Of a DNA stretch of 64,000 bases, positions 25,633 to 37,310 are shown piece by piece. The notes beneath the pieces are model-generated. The model did no database searches and was not told the DNA's origin. It was given only the letters and a program-made list of their open reading frames with translations. The stretch spans positions 64,914,001-64,978,000 of the forward strand of contig CM060731.1 in assembly GCA_030704615.1 (NCBI GenBank). The letters run 5' to 3'. The position numbers and the translations under genes are program-made. This stretch comes from Takakia lepidozioides (lineage: Eukaryota; Plantae; Bryophyta). Each line of letters opens with the position of its first letter. Within the stretch, counting starts at the first letter, position 1.

Positions 25633-28128
25633 ATGGCCACCACCACCACTCTCCATGATCTCTTTCATCCGTGTAATGGCATTGTCTTGCATGCTCTTGT
25701 GGAGGAGAATGATCGTTGGTGGCGCCACTTCAAACCTCGTCGATGGAGAGAATATGCAAGAAAAACTGAGAACACACTTGCGACAGATTCACATATTTGT
25801 GTTTTGACCATACGAGCAACGATCACCAGACGGCCAGCAGTAGGAGCATCAAGCAGACCATTACCTAGGGTTCGTGGCATTCAAACTCTATGTATTTGGC
25901 TTTGCGAGGACGTATTGACTGTAACAAGTGTGTGTACTGACCGTGATCCGTTTGCTTTGCATTTTACAGACCTCATTACCTCATCACTATGGTGAAGCGA
26001 AGCACAATGATAGAGAATAGGCGCCAATACCATGAGGATTATGATAGTGACAAATGGGTCGACCTCATTTGCGAGGTGCATCACTGATGTCATCATCAAC
26101 AAACTCATCAAAAAACCAAGAGGAACGCCTTCTCTGATCAGTCATGCTAGAGCCGAAGGCCCGCATTGAAGAACTGGGTGATCAGCACAGAAAACCATTC
26201 AAATGTATCTACTGCCACATTATTTACAAGGATAAGAAAAAGCTGAATGTTCACAAGATTAATGGTTGTGCTGAAGTAAACAGGAAGCTGAAGATGTATC
26301 CTATTTTTGAAGCTGGCCAACGAGCTGTGATGGAATAGGTTCTCATTGACAAAGGCTTCATGCCTAAGCGCAAATATAGTCACGCCATGGCCACAGGGAG
26401 TGTCACCAAGGAGGGCCCGAAGAAGGACGATATGCATGAGAAGGAAGTAACACCCGCTAAACGCAGGCGATTGGCGCCGTTGGCCATGAGAAAGAGAATG
26501 AAGAAGCCCCCCTTGTGGTGAAGTGACACCATAAGTTACGCTTCCTGCGGGAGGCGTCATACTTTTACTTTTTGAAGAAGCCCACCTCGCAGGAGCCCGC
26601 GCCTTCCCACCCTCGTATAGGCACTCACAATCATCAGACTCGAAAGCAGGGATTGAAGGTGCCTGAAGTATATGATATCAACAACACGACTGACTCGGAC
26701 GACGCTTTCCAGCATGACGATGGCGTGGTGGACAAAGCACCTCTTCCCATTGCTGCTAGCCCACCTGCCCAGTCCTGTTTATCTTTAGAACAGAACAGAA
26801 GCCATTGCGCTCTTCAAAGAACAGGCATCGCATCTGCAATCGACTCTCCCTGTCCCTCCACGGATGAAGAATGTGGCACCGTGTGGATTTTGGTTCTTAA
26901 AAGATTTCAATCTGTTCCCCGATGGTTTTCCTGCGTTGGACGACCCCACATTCACAGAATGTTTTGTCGCGCTCCTCACAATTGGAAACAACAAATTCAG
27001 GGAGTTATTTGCATCGACATATGGTCATTGGTATATGGAGCGCCAGGTACCTAACCCACCCTACCTTACCCTCATCGTGTACATGATATTTCGTATTGTT
27101 CTTGCTGCTTCTCGTGTATTTCATGCGCATTTTAGGGCTTCAGCATGCGAATTCAATGGTTGCAGGCAGATGCACCTGAAGACGAAAAAACAATAGTAAA
27201 GAAGATCACAGACGCATTGGCTGGGAAACAGATGAACACCTCTGTGGCGCATGGTGAAGTTTCAAATTTGCTCAGATACCATGCATTTCGCCAACAGAGT
27301 CTACGACCAGAAGTGAGTCTGCTGCACAAACAGAATTGCTGACATTGAGGGAGACGTTTGTGAAAAGAAAATTGGAAGAGTGGGATCAGAGGAGGATCCG
27401 TGAGAAGGAACAAAAGGAATGGGGTTGGTCTCCCATATGGGTCGTGTTGAGCAGTGAACGCCCAGATTGTTTGAGCACTTACTCCTGGAATCATTCAAAG
27501 GAAGAATGCAGACAGGTCATGGACGTCCTTGCGCTGGCTAGACGAGGAGCAAACATGAACTCGCTGGCCACATCCCTTTATGATCCTCAGGTTGATCCGC
27601 ATCATGCGGATGACCCAGGTGGACCCGAACTTGCCTATTTCCACCATTGGCTTCAAACATTATCTCAATCTGAACCTGGCTGATGGCTTGCCCGAACATC
27701 TGCAGCTACACTGCTCAGTATAGGGTCTGTCATGTTTGGCAATATGCCAGACCCCATTAAGGCCAAGATCGAGTTGGACGACGTTGTTGATGGTCTCATT
27801 GGGAACAGCGAAGCCCAACGGAAGTGTGTATTGGACAAAATATAAGCAAATCTCTTTGTCATCAGAATTAGAACAATCGGTGACATGGCAATTGCATTTC
27901 CCCAGCACTTTTCGGACGTTGTGGTGTGGGGCCACCACTCGTGATGTTAGAGAAGCGGCCCTCTATCAATTTGAGACTTGTCTCAAGCAGCGGGAGGATT
28001 TGTGGATTGGTTTGATGCGCATTTCCCCTGGTACGCTCCGTTCCTCTTTCCCAATTCATTCTGCACTTTCTCGTAGTCTTTATGTCTGTCCATTTTTCAT
28101 TCACACCACTGCAATGTCGACCAGGTGA
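25633..28128 (+). pseudogene. Decayed spliced gene of unknown family with a C2HC zinc finger (possibly transposon-borne)
   Basis: CIYC-x12-H-x4-C at about 26204-26270, basic KRRRLA..RKRMKK patch, apparent GT-AG intron at about 27047-27165, several in-frame stops. The frame is restored across the 26514-26573 insertion. Confidence 0.5.
26514..26573 (+). mobile_element. 60-bp 5'-truncated retroposon tail
   Basis: 14-bp TSD GAAGAAGCCC(C/A)CCT (26500-26513 / 26574-26587). Core GACACCATAAGTTACGCTTCC..GGAGGCGTCATA also ends the SINE at about 40310-40460. Confidence 0.85.
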
Positions 28129-28184
28129 TCAATATACATTCAGCTGGATATTAAAACTCATACAACCACAAGTTATATATAAAG

Positions 28185-28311
28185 TTTTTTTTTGAGGAAA
28201 AAAATTAGGATCTATATGATGCCTTCAGTTGACCTCGGGCTCTTTTAGGAAAGGGAAGGTTAGAGCTCAACTATCATTTGGTAGTATCAACTGAGGGTTG
28301 TTTCTTCTCTT
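28185..28311 (-). mobile_element. 3' end of an L1-like LINE (left part, split by the Gypsy insertion)
   Basis: T9 at 28185-28193 as candidate poly(A). Joining across the TSD to 37775 continues the LINE frame PWSQSSLK-EKKQPSVDTTK to TGA TAG. Confidence 0.6.
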
Positions 28312-28727
28312 TGTCATGGTTTTAGTCATGGTTATCTAGAATTACCTACTTCTAGTTAACTAGGACATTTTAGATATTTATATTTATATTTTGTGTGTTG
28401 GGACTTCATTTGGTCTCACATGCCAAGTGAGGTGTCAAGCCTCACTTGAGACATGGAGATAGGTTTTCCCCTTGTGAGTGTTGAGGAGGCTCATCTTCTT
28501 GTAGTTGAGCCTCCATGAGCTTCTCTCACCTCCATAGCTCGGTATTGAGAGGGAGTGTGTTGAGGGCTTTGTAAGGTGGATTCCTTTAGCAAAGGTGCCA
28601 TTGGCTTGACTTAATTTATGTGATAGAGTGGATTTCACTTGGAAGGACTAGGGCTTGTTCTTCATGTGATTGCTTCATGCTTTGAGAGCTTTCATTGTCT
28701 TCTACTTCTCTCATTTATCATCTCTTA
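28312..28727 (+). repeat. Terminal repeat A1 (416 bp)
   Basis: Matches 37311-37728 with about 5 substitutions and one 2-bp indel by manual comparison. Confidence 0.95.
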
Positions 28728-30021
28728 TCACTACAAGAAGATCACCTTATGCTTGTGAGTGCGGAGTGTAAGGATTAGTTTTGCACTTGTATTTTAAAGA
28801 GGTTGAGAGCTAGGAGAATTTAGCTCTTGTATCACAAGGCTTGCAAGGGGTTGCAAGGAAAGGAATTGCAAGGAAGTTGGAGAGCTTGAGAAGAAAGCTC
28901 TTGAGTTACAAGATTTTGCAAGGATTGTAAGGAGGAAGTCTTGTGTGTGTGTGGAAGCATGGATTCTAGGGTTTGAGAATCCTTTGTATGCATTATGGAG
29001 TCGATGGTGTGCGCCATGGCTTGTGGAGAGTGACTAAAGGCTTGTTAGTGCTCATTTTACTATCAAGCTAGGGTTAAGCAAGTTCAAAGTGTGGATGTTG
29101 TGGAAGAGAAGCCAAGGAGCTATATATGCTTGGGCTTGAAGACAACAAGGGCAAGCACTTGGAGAGCACTAAGAAGCTCAAGAGGTTTTGAAAGGGAGCA
29201 TGTGAAGAAATCTTCCAATCATGGTGGTGTGGAGCCAAGCTTAGGGTGCCATTGGAAGGACTTGGAGAACATGTGGTGGGAAATCCTTGAAGGGAAATCA
29301 TCATTCAATGTATGCATAGCTTCACCCTAACTATGTAATGTGACAAGAGGGGGAGGCAATACTTGGCTATTCATGCTCTTGGTAGTGCGAGCTTTGTGGT
29401 GGATAGTTGACCAAGCAAGTGGTGCATGTGTGGAGCATGCTCGCTTGAGTTTGTAAATTCAAGTTTGAGAAGGGGAACTCTTGACCTAGCAAGAGGTGAA
29501 GGCCTTTGAGATCCATTTGTGTGTGAAGTGGAGAGGTGTTGATTCATGTTATGAGAAGGAAAACAACACATATGCCAAGAGGTCATGAAACATGCATTCA
29601 AATGACCACGGGAAGCACATGGATGATGGATTGGTGCAAGACCCCAAATGAGGCATATGGCGTGAGAGTGGGATCCAAGGCGGATTGCTTGGGAGCATTA
29701 TTGTAAGTGACAAGCATTGCTCCTACACATTGAGATAATTTGTGTTGATTTGGAGCAATTGTCAAGTGATGAGGAGACAAATGCATGATTGTTCGGCAAT
29801 GGAGATATGGTAGTTTGCAATCAAATCCCAAGGACTAGAAGGGGGATTGATTTGGTGGACAATGACTTGCAAGTTGAGTTGGACCACTCTTGGTTGCACA
29901 TTGGGGTGGAAGAGAGCAAGAAGATGCCTCTTATGACCACCTAGAGTTGCTTGAGTAGAAGCATAGAAGTCAAGGACTTGCATTCTAGCTCTTCATTACA
30001 AACCCTAGAAGTGTATGCTCA

Positions 30022-30411
30022 GACTATACCTCTGTTAGTATACCAAACATGAGCTTGTCCCTTTGACTATACCTCTGTTGAGGTATCACCATATGTGAAC
30101 CCTAATGTGAGACTATACCTCTGTTAGTATACCAAACATGAGCTTGTCCATTCTACTATACCTCTATTGAGGTATCACCATATGTGAACCCTAATCAGCT
30201 CAGACTATACCTCTGTTAGTATACAAACAGGAGCTTGTCCCTTTTACTATACCTCTGTTGAGGTATCACCATATGTGGACCCTAATCAGCTCAGACTATA
30301 CCTCTGTTAGTATACCAAACAGAACCCTCATTTTCAGACTATACCTCTGTAAAGGTATCATCAACATAAGGGACCCTAGCAACCTCAGACTATACCTCTG
30401 TTAAGGTATCA
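30022..30411 (+). repeat. Nine-unit hairpin array in the retroelement leader
   Basis: ACTATACCTCTGTT core at 30022, 30065, 30111, 30154, 30203, 30245, 30294, 30337, 30388; alternating unit types give a roughly 90-bp dimer. Confidence 0.92.
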
Positions 30412-31043
30412 ACAGTGAAAGGACTTAGTGAAATTTAAGGGCCTTTGGAGGATTGTTTGGAAGATATTTGAGGGCCCTTGGAGGAGTATTTGGAGGATCT
30501 TTGGGGTCCTTGGAGGACCCTTCGAGGAGCTTTGGTGGACAATGTTGAAGAGCTCTTGAAGGATTGATTGAGGGATATTGAAGGATACTTGCCACGGCCA
30601 TACAAGCGAGTGGATAGAGACAGGAGGGAGAGTGGTGGGATGAGAGCATTCTGGGGTTAGGAATTGCTTTAGTTTCTCTTCTCCATAGTCTTTCACCCTC
30701 TTTGTAGGTGGAGGCAAGAGTCAGTCCGGGTTTGGGCTGGGGTGTCCTTGCAGGAGCGACACTGTGGAGTGTTTTTGGTGTGGGGGAATTGCTGTCTTGA
30801 TTTTCTTGTGTTTGGATCCCCTCCACACCTGCATGCTTGACTGTGCGCCATGTTAGCTTTGTGTGGGCGCTTGTTTTCATAGGAGGTTGGTCCGGATTTG
30901 ATCACCGGCCAATCCTAGAGTATGTTGTCGGTGGTGAGGCTGGAGTGATGATCAGCAAGACCACCAGTGTTTCTTCTATGGTGAGGCTGGGTTGATGACC
31001 AGCAGACCATAGGAGTGCTTGTGGTGGATGCAGGTGCACACAT

Positions 31044-32456
31044 GTGCCTAGATTCAACCCGGTGGTGGAGTTCTTCCAGGAGTTGCGGAGGAACTACCAA
31101 GGTGTACGGACAGAGAAGCTGCGAAGTTTGCAAGACTTCCAGCGCAAATCCAGTGAGAGCTTGCGAGAGGCCTACACTCGTATGAGGCGCTTGATAAGTG
31201 TGACCCAAAGGGTTACTGAAGCTCAGGCAGTCCAATTCTGGTATGGAATTTTGGACAAGGAGCTCAAGAGAAGGGTGCGGGATGCAACCCTGTTACAAGC
31301 GGCCCAACTCACATTAGCGGATGTGTTTCTGCTGGTTGAGCGGATTGAGCTCAACATGGTGGAGGAGCGAGTTGTTACCATTGGATTTGGCAAGGACATG
31401 CATGCACGAGGTGCAGCTGCCAGCCAACAGGTACAAGGGACTGCCCAACAGCGTGGTCAGGGGGGCAAGGTTGCCCAACCCAAGTTCCATGGAGCTTACA
31501 GGGGACCTCAGGTGCAGAGGCCTGTGGCATCTTTTGCAGGCCAACAGCAACCAGGGGTGATATGTTGGACATGTGGAGGACCCCATGTCAAGAGAGATTG
31601 CCCAGAGAGTGGCAGAAGGCCGGCACAAGCACATATTGCACAGTTGCAGTGTGGGCATTGTGGCAAGTATGGGCATGGAGATGCCCAGTGTTATGACTTG
31701 CACCCTGAGTTGCGCCCAGGCCAGTTCCAAAGGAACAATGGTGGCCGGGGGCAAGGTGGACCAGCCCAGAGAGGACAAGGTGGTCGGGCACGAGATGCAG
31801 GCCAAGGGCAAACTCAACATGGCCAAGGACGCGGAGGTCAGGGTGTTGACCAAGACATGGCCAACCGGCTTCAGCAGCTAGAGCAGAAGCTCGCTGCCAT
31901 GGCTACAGCTCAGGTGGTACCGGCTCCCAGGCGGGATGGTCCACCTCCTGCTCCTGAGGGAGGAGATATGGGAGGCATGGGATTCATGTGCGGAGCAGCA
32001 CTACCACTAGTGCAGGTGGAGTCTGCTGCAGCCGTGACTCGAGGAGCAGCACGAGTTCCTGAGCCACGAGCTGCAGAGGTGGAATTGGATCCACAGCGTG
32101 GGGAGGCAAGCCGTCAGGCGAGGCTTCCTCAGTCATTCACATTGGCGGAGACAGTGTCGACGCCATCCATGGCACCTAGTTCTCGCCCGACTGTTACCAA
32201 GGCGGAGGTTACTATGCCATTGGGGAGAACTACACGTGCAACACTGATACCTGCTACTAAGGCTAGTGCAGTCGGTGTGTTATTGGGGGCAGCCACCTCT
32301 GTGTGTCAAGCCCCACTGTTCTCGGCAACCATGATTGCGACGCCGGGGGTAAGACCAGCTGCAGTGTTCAGACTAGCAGCAACACTCTACGAGAGTGGGG
32401 AGGTCACTTCATCTTCTACGGAGTTACTGGAAGGTGTAGTGGCAGAGGGATACTAG
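31044..32456 (+). CDS. gag: Gag (retrotransposon gag domain plus two zinc knuckles), probably N-terminally truncated
   Basis: FQRKSSESLREAYTRMRRL; CWTCGGPHVKRDC and CGHCGKYGHGDAQC knuckles; RGG-rich tract. Confidence 0.88.
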   Translation: MPRFNPVVEFFQELRRNYQGVRTEKLRSLQDFQRKSSESLREAYTRMRRLISVTQRVTEAQAVQFWYGILDKELKRRVRDATLLQAAQLTLADVFLLVERIELNMVEERVVTIGFGKDMHARGAAASQQVQGTAQQRGQGGKVAQPKFHGAYRGPQVQRPVASFAGQQQPGVICWTCGGPHVKRDCPESGRRPAQAHIAQLQCGHCGKYGHGDAQCYDLHPELRPGQFQRNNGGRGQGGPAQRGQGGRARDAGQGQTQHGQGRGGQGVDQDMANRLQQLEQKLAAMATAQVVPAPRRDGPPPAPEGGDMGGMGFMCGAALPLVQVESAAAVTRGAARVPEPRAAEVELDPQRGEASRQARLPQSFTLAETVSTPSMAPSSRPTVTKAEVTMPLGRTTRATLIPATKASAVGVLLGAATSVCQAPLFSATMIATPGVRPAAVFRLAATLYESGEVTSSSTELLEGVVAEGY

Positions 32457-33250
32457 GATTTGAGGGTCAAGACTGCACGGATGCGCCATGGCAAGCTGCA
32501 GCTACCAGGTTGACGGAGCTGCCAGCTAGGCAAGCCTTTGAGTGCGCCATGGTGACACCTGGAGTTGTCTTGTTAGACAACCAGGGAGGCATTTTCACTT
32601 TGAGTGGACCGGCAGGCAAGAAGTACCGGCCACTACGGGTCTTGTTGGACTCAGGAGCTCAGCCACTGATGTTGGGCAGAGCTGCTATTGCAGGTTTGGG
32701 CCTCATGGAGGCGGATATGGAGCCTTGTCCTTTCCAGATACAGACATCTCTGGGACGATCAGAGCAGGCTCGGGGCATGACACGGCGTGAGTTGGCCATT
32801 GGACTACAACCAGATCATCCTGTAGATGGCTCAGTGATGCAAGCCAAGGCCATTGTGACAGACGCGGTCTCTTTACGATGTCCTTATTGGTGGGGCAGTG
32901 TTATATCCCATGGGCTTCACCCTGGACTTTTGGGAGGAGTCAGCATCCTACAGGCCTGGATGGCAGTCAGGGGATGGTCGTCGTGCACAGCTCCCTGTGA
33001 CATTCATTGGGGGTATTGCGGCTGCCCAACGGGGCAAGATGCCAACACTAGCCGCCTTTATAGCTGCAGTTAGTTGGCCTGGAGAGTTGCTGGAAAGCAA
33101 TGCCCATGCAGAGGATGTGCCACCTCCAGCAGAGCAGGATGACATGCATGGTACGACGGAGTTGCCTGCCATGGTTGCTCACACTCCATTATGGGGTAGG
33201 AGCAAGGATTTGCAGCAGGCTGCTGATGGACGGGTACAACAAGCCTGGGT
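32457..33250 (+). pseudogene. Aspartic protease region of pol (frameshifted)
   Basis: RVLLDSGAQ active-site motif; second half DVLIGGAVL lies after a frameshift near 32875. Confidence 0.85.
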
Positions 33251-33258
33251 AGAGGCCT

Positions 33259-33594
33259 CTGTTTTGGGAGATGGTGCGGATTTTGCGCCACTTGCAGCTT
33301 CATCGAGCTGTATCTTCAGCATATATCTTGGAGAATGTGCCACTGATGGGTGATTCTCGGGCCAGGGTGATGGCCAGTGTGCATCAAGTCCGGTCGTGGC
33401 TTGGGTCAGCAGTGTTGCTGGATGCAGCTGCAGCGGGGTCATGGGCTCATCGTCGACGGTTATGATGGACTAACTTGATGCCACCCGTACTGCTCAAGCG
33501 TGCATTTGATGGGGTGCAGCGGCCAGCACACCTCACAGTGGATAGCATTTTGGACACAGAGAGGCAGTCTCAATGTGTGAGACACGATGACCGA
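33259..33594 (+). pseudogene. Remnant C5 DNA cytosine methyltransferase domain (motifs V-VIII) inside pol
   Basis: LFWEMVRIL...YILENV (motif VI)...LLDAA (VII)...AHRRRL*WTN (VIII), in correct order and spacing. Motifs I-IV and IX-X are absent. Confidence 0.82.
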
Positions 33595-33959
33595 CGGTAC
33601 AGGCAGCAAGTGGGGGCGAGCAGGTGAGGACCACAAGGTGCAGGCCGCATCCATGGCACACGTGGGAGGTGCTCGAGGTTCAGAAGGAGTTGGCAACCAA
33701 GGCGGCGGTGATGGATCAGGTTGGGGATTTTTCTTGGATTGAGGAGGTCCTCAAGGATGGGATGATGGGGCAGGGTGAGACATTGTCACTTATAGAGGAG
33801 GCAGTGGTCACTGCTCAAGAGGTTGCAGCATAACAACCACGGGACGCGTCTTCTACCTCTAAGCCTGCTGGACTCAAGGTTGCAGTCACGGAGGACAACT
33901 GGGAGCCTGATGTTGGACCTATAGTCACCGGAGGAGAGAGACGACGTATACGGCGGTTC

Positions 33960-35330
33960 TTGAGGACTTACAGGAACTGCTTTGCCTTCAGTTTGAAGGA
34001 CTTAGGAGCACTGAAGGGTCAAGAGATTCGCATTGAATTGGCTACTGACATGCCAATCTTTCGAAGACCCTATAGATACAGTGACATGGAGAGGTCCTTG
34101 ATTCAGATGAGAACTCAGGACCTTTGGGAAGCTGGTTTGGTGGAGCTATCTGGGGGAGAGTATGCTTCAACCACAGTGATGCCAGCCAAGAAGGATGTCT
34201 TTGGCAATTGGACGGAGAGACGTATGTGCGGTGATTACCGGCCTGTAAATCGTCAGACCAAGTCCAATAGGTATGCCATGCCAACACCAGAGGAGATCTT
34301 TGATGCCCACATGCCAAGGTCTTTAGCACGTTGGATTTACGATCCGGATATCACCAGTTGCCGATCAAGGAGGCGGATAAGCAAAAGAAGGCATTCTGGG
34401 GGATCAATGAGCACGAGAAGGATTGCCTATACCAGTGGCGGTTCTTACCATTTGGGCTTAAGAACGCTCCGGCAGAGTTTCAGAGAGTCATGGACAGGAT
34501 TCTAGCAGGGGTGGAGTTTGCTTGGTGCTACATAGATGACATCATCATCTTTAGTGCTACGGTGGAAGAGCATGAGAGACACCTTCAGGGGGTATTTGAG
34601 CGCTTGAGGGCGCACGGATTGAAGTTACATCCGGGAAAGTGCAAGTTTTTCCACAACCAGATTGAGTATCTGGGTCGCATGATATATCCTGGAGGATTGG
34701 GGGTACAGCAGACTAAGGTAGAGTCCATTGCACAGGTTCCACGCCCCACGGATATGAGCCGAGTTTGAGCTTTCATGGGGTTAGCAAACTATTATAGACG
34801 GTTTGTTAAGGGATTTAGTACCATTGCAAAGGCTCTAACCAAGTTGACCAAGGTGGACCAGGAGTGGCAGTGGGAAGATGAGCAAGAACAAGCTTTTCAA
34901 GAGCTCAAGGCGAGGTTGACCTCGGCGCCCATCTTGAGACGACCTATCAGGGGGCGTCCTTTCCAGCTGCATACAGATTGGAGCATGCTGGGGCTTGGAG
35001 CGGTGCTCACACAGGTGGACGCTGAGGGAAGAGAGTTCATAGTGGCTTATGCTAGCCGCTCAAACAACGTTGCAGAGTCTAAGTATAGCTCATATGAGGG
35101 AGAATGCTTAGCTGCAATGTGGGCCCGTGGCACACTTCAGGTGCTATCTATACGGCAATCTCTTCACCCTTGTCACGGATCACCAACCACTCAAGTGGTT
35201 GATGGAGTCAGACAAGCTTACGGGGAAGCTTGCACGGTGGGCACTCATCCTTCAAAAGTATGACTTTCAGGTGGTGCATCGACCGGGTTTGGTCAATCGC
35301 AATGCATATGGGTTGAGTCGCAATCCATGC
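33960..35330 (+). pseudogene. pol: Reverse transcriptase and RNase H of Gypsy pol (frameshifted)
   Basis: RMCGDYRPVN, DLRSGYHQ, LPFGLKNAPAEFQ, YIDD, LHTDWS, YSSYEGECLA, TDHQPL. Confidence 0.95.
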
Positions 35331-35699
35331 ACGAGCCAGCAGGATGACACTGGAGCTCGGTGGCATGGTGAGACGGACGAGGAGATAGTGCCCGGATGGC
35401 ATGCATCTGCATTTCTGTGTATCTTGGCAGCGGAAGGCCAGGTTGGACCTGCAACATGGATGACTGTAGATCAAGTGTCTGAGGACCCTGAGGCCAGCAA
35501 TGAGCAAGGTGGCGCCAAAGATATACATGATGATTCAGTTGTGTTGGACTACCTCCGCACTGGAGACACTGCAGCCACTGTGACTGCCAAGGAGAGGGAT
35601 CGGATCCTACAACGAGCCAAGAGGTTCAAGTGGGAGGGGACACACCTGCTCCGAGTGTGGGAGGATGGTCGAGTGAGGATTGTGCCTCACCCAACACAG

Positions 35700-36966
35700 T
35701 GGGCACGGTTAGTGCGGCATGCCCATGAGGAGTTGGGGCCGTTTTGGGGTGCGACGCACTCATAGTCTACTGCAGGGGCAGTATTGGTGGCGTGGTATGC
35801 ACACAAAGGTGCAACAATTTGTGGCTAGGTGCATGGTGTGTGACAGGGTGCGTGCTTCATTCAACGCCCCTACTCCACAATTGCACCCTCTTCCGATCAT
35901 GGGATTGGGCTACAGGTGGAGTCTTGACTTCGCAGGGCCGTTGTCACTGACCATGCGCCACAACAAGTACGTATTGGTGATGGTGGAGCACTTCTCCAAG
36001 TGGATTGAATTGGTTCAATTGCCTGATAAGGCTAGTGAGGGAGCTGCGTATGCATTCTTGGATTGTGTGCTTAGCCAATTCGGTACTCCAGCTGAGGTGC
36101 TCACGGACCAAGGGAGAGAGTTCTTGGGGGAGTTTCAGGCTTTGTGTGACAAGGCCTTGATAGACCACTGCACCACTTCTCGGGATCATCCTGAGGCCTA
36201 TGGCTTGGCAGATAGAGTTGTTCAGACAGTAAAGAGGGGTTTGTGCAAGTATGGCTTGCAGAAGGGACACATAGGAGATTGGGACCTTCAGTTACCCTGG
36301 TTAGCCATGGGCTACAGGTTCAGCAAGCAAGCATCACTTGCCTCATTCTCACCATACTTTCTTCTCTTTGGCCGAGAGCCAGATTTGCCTACATCCATTC
36401 GCAGAGAAGCTGCTACAGTTCTTAACCTTGACGATCCGGACGTGTGGGCACGTGCATGTAAGCAGCGTGCAGAGTTGTTCAAGAAAGTCATGCCCATGGC
36501 TTTCGAGAACCTTGCCATTGCACAACATCGTGATACGTTGAGGTATGCTACCATACGTGGTGGGGGCTATCGTCCTGGGGTTCGGAGATTCAACCCTGGT
36601 GACTATGTTTATCTGCAGCAGACTGCTCCTACGACCTTGGATGTGACTGCAGGACGTACTATTTTGAGGGTTCGAGAGGTGTTGCCCTCAGGAGTCCTGA
36701 TCTTGGAGGGTCGGGATGGCATGATTTGGAAGGACCATGTACGTAATTGCGCGCCATGTCACCTTCCAAATGTTGATGGAAGGGTTGACCCAAACCTGGT
36801 AGTGGTACCTGCAAGTTTGAGGTGCATGTTGTGTAGGTCTGCTAGAGGGGCAGCCACCATGCTGGTGTGTGATCAATGCTCTAGAGGTTGGCATATGGGA
36901 TGCTTGACTCCACCTCTTGAGATGGTTCATGATGGGGATTGGTTATGTCTGCATTGCATTGGATAG
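35700..36966 (+). pseudogene. DDE integrase with C-terminal PHD finger
   Basis: HHCC region (HEELG..CMVC), SLDFAGP, LTDQG, GLADR (catalytic E changed to D). C-terminus CMLC..CDQC..H..C..CLHC is a C4HC3 PHD. Confidence 0.92.
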
Positions 36967-37263
36967 TGGGAGTGGATACAACCATGGAAGGCTAACAAGA
37001 AATGCAAGGCCAAGCTACTAGGAGACCAACACACGAGATCCTGACTCAAGTTCACAGATTGCAAGACGGCAACTAACGATGGGGTTGCTCTTGTACCCGG
37101 CCTCTTGGTCTATAGAGTTTGAGTACAATAGGGACAGTGATAGAGGACTTAGTACGGTTGTGGCTATTACATCTTATAGCTATCTGGAGTTAGAGGGACC
37201 TAACCACCAGCTAGGGGGGCAATTGTGGTATAGCTTTCTAGGATTGTATGTTTAGATTGTGTG

Positions 37264-37308
37264 GTGGACAGCGATGTATGTTGTGGCACGATGGTTAGGT
37301 GCACGACA
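37264..37308 (+). repeat. Terminal repeat B1 (45 bp, internal copy)
   Basis: 44/45 identical to 37730-37774; followed by GC, then A2. Confidence 0.95.
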
Positions 37309-37310
37309 GC

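Noticed and set aside
30022-30411. CRISPR-like appearance (palindromic repeat plus spacers)
   Set aside because: Spacers are themselves repeated in alternation, there are no cas genes, and the array lies inside a eukaryotic retroelement.
37224-37308. 85-bp TG...CA segment after the purine tract as the true 3' LTR
   Set aside because: No matching copy found at the 5' side of the ORFs.
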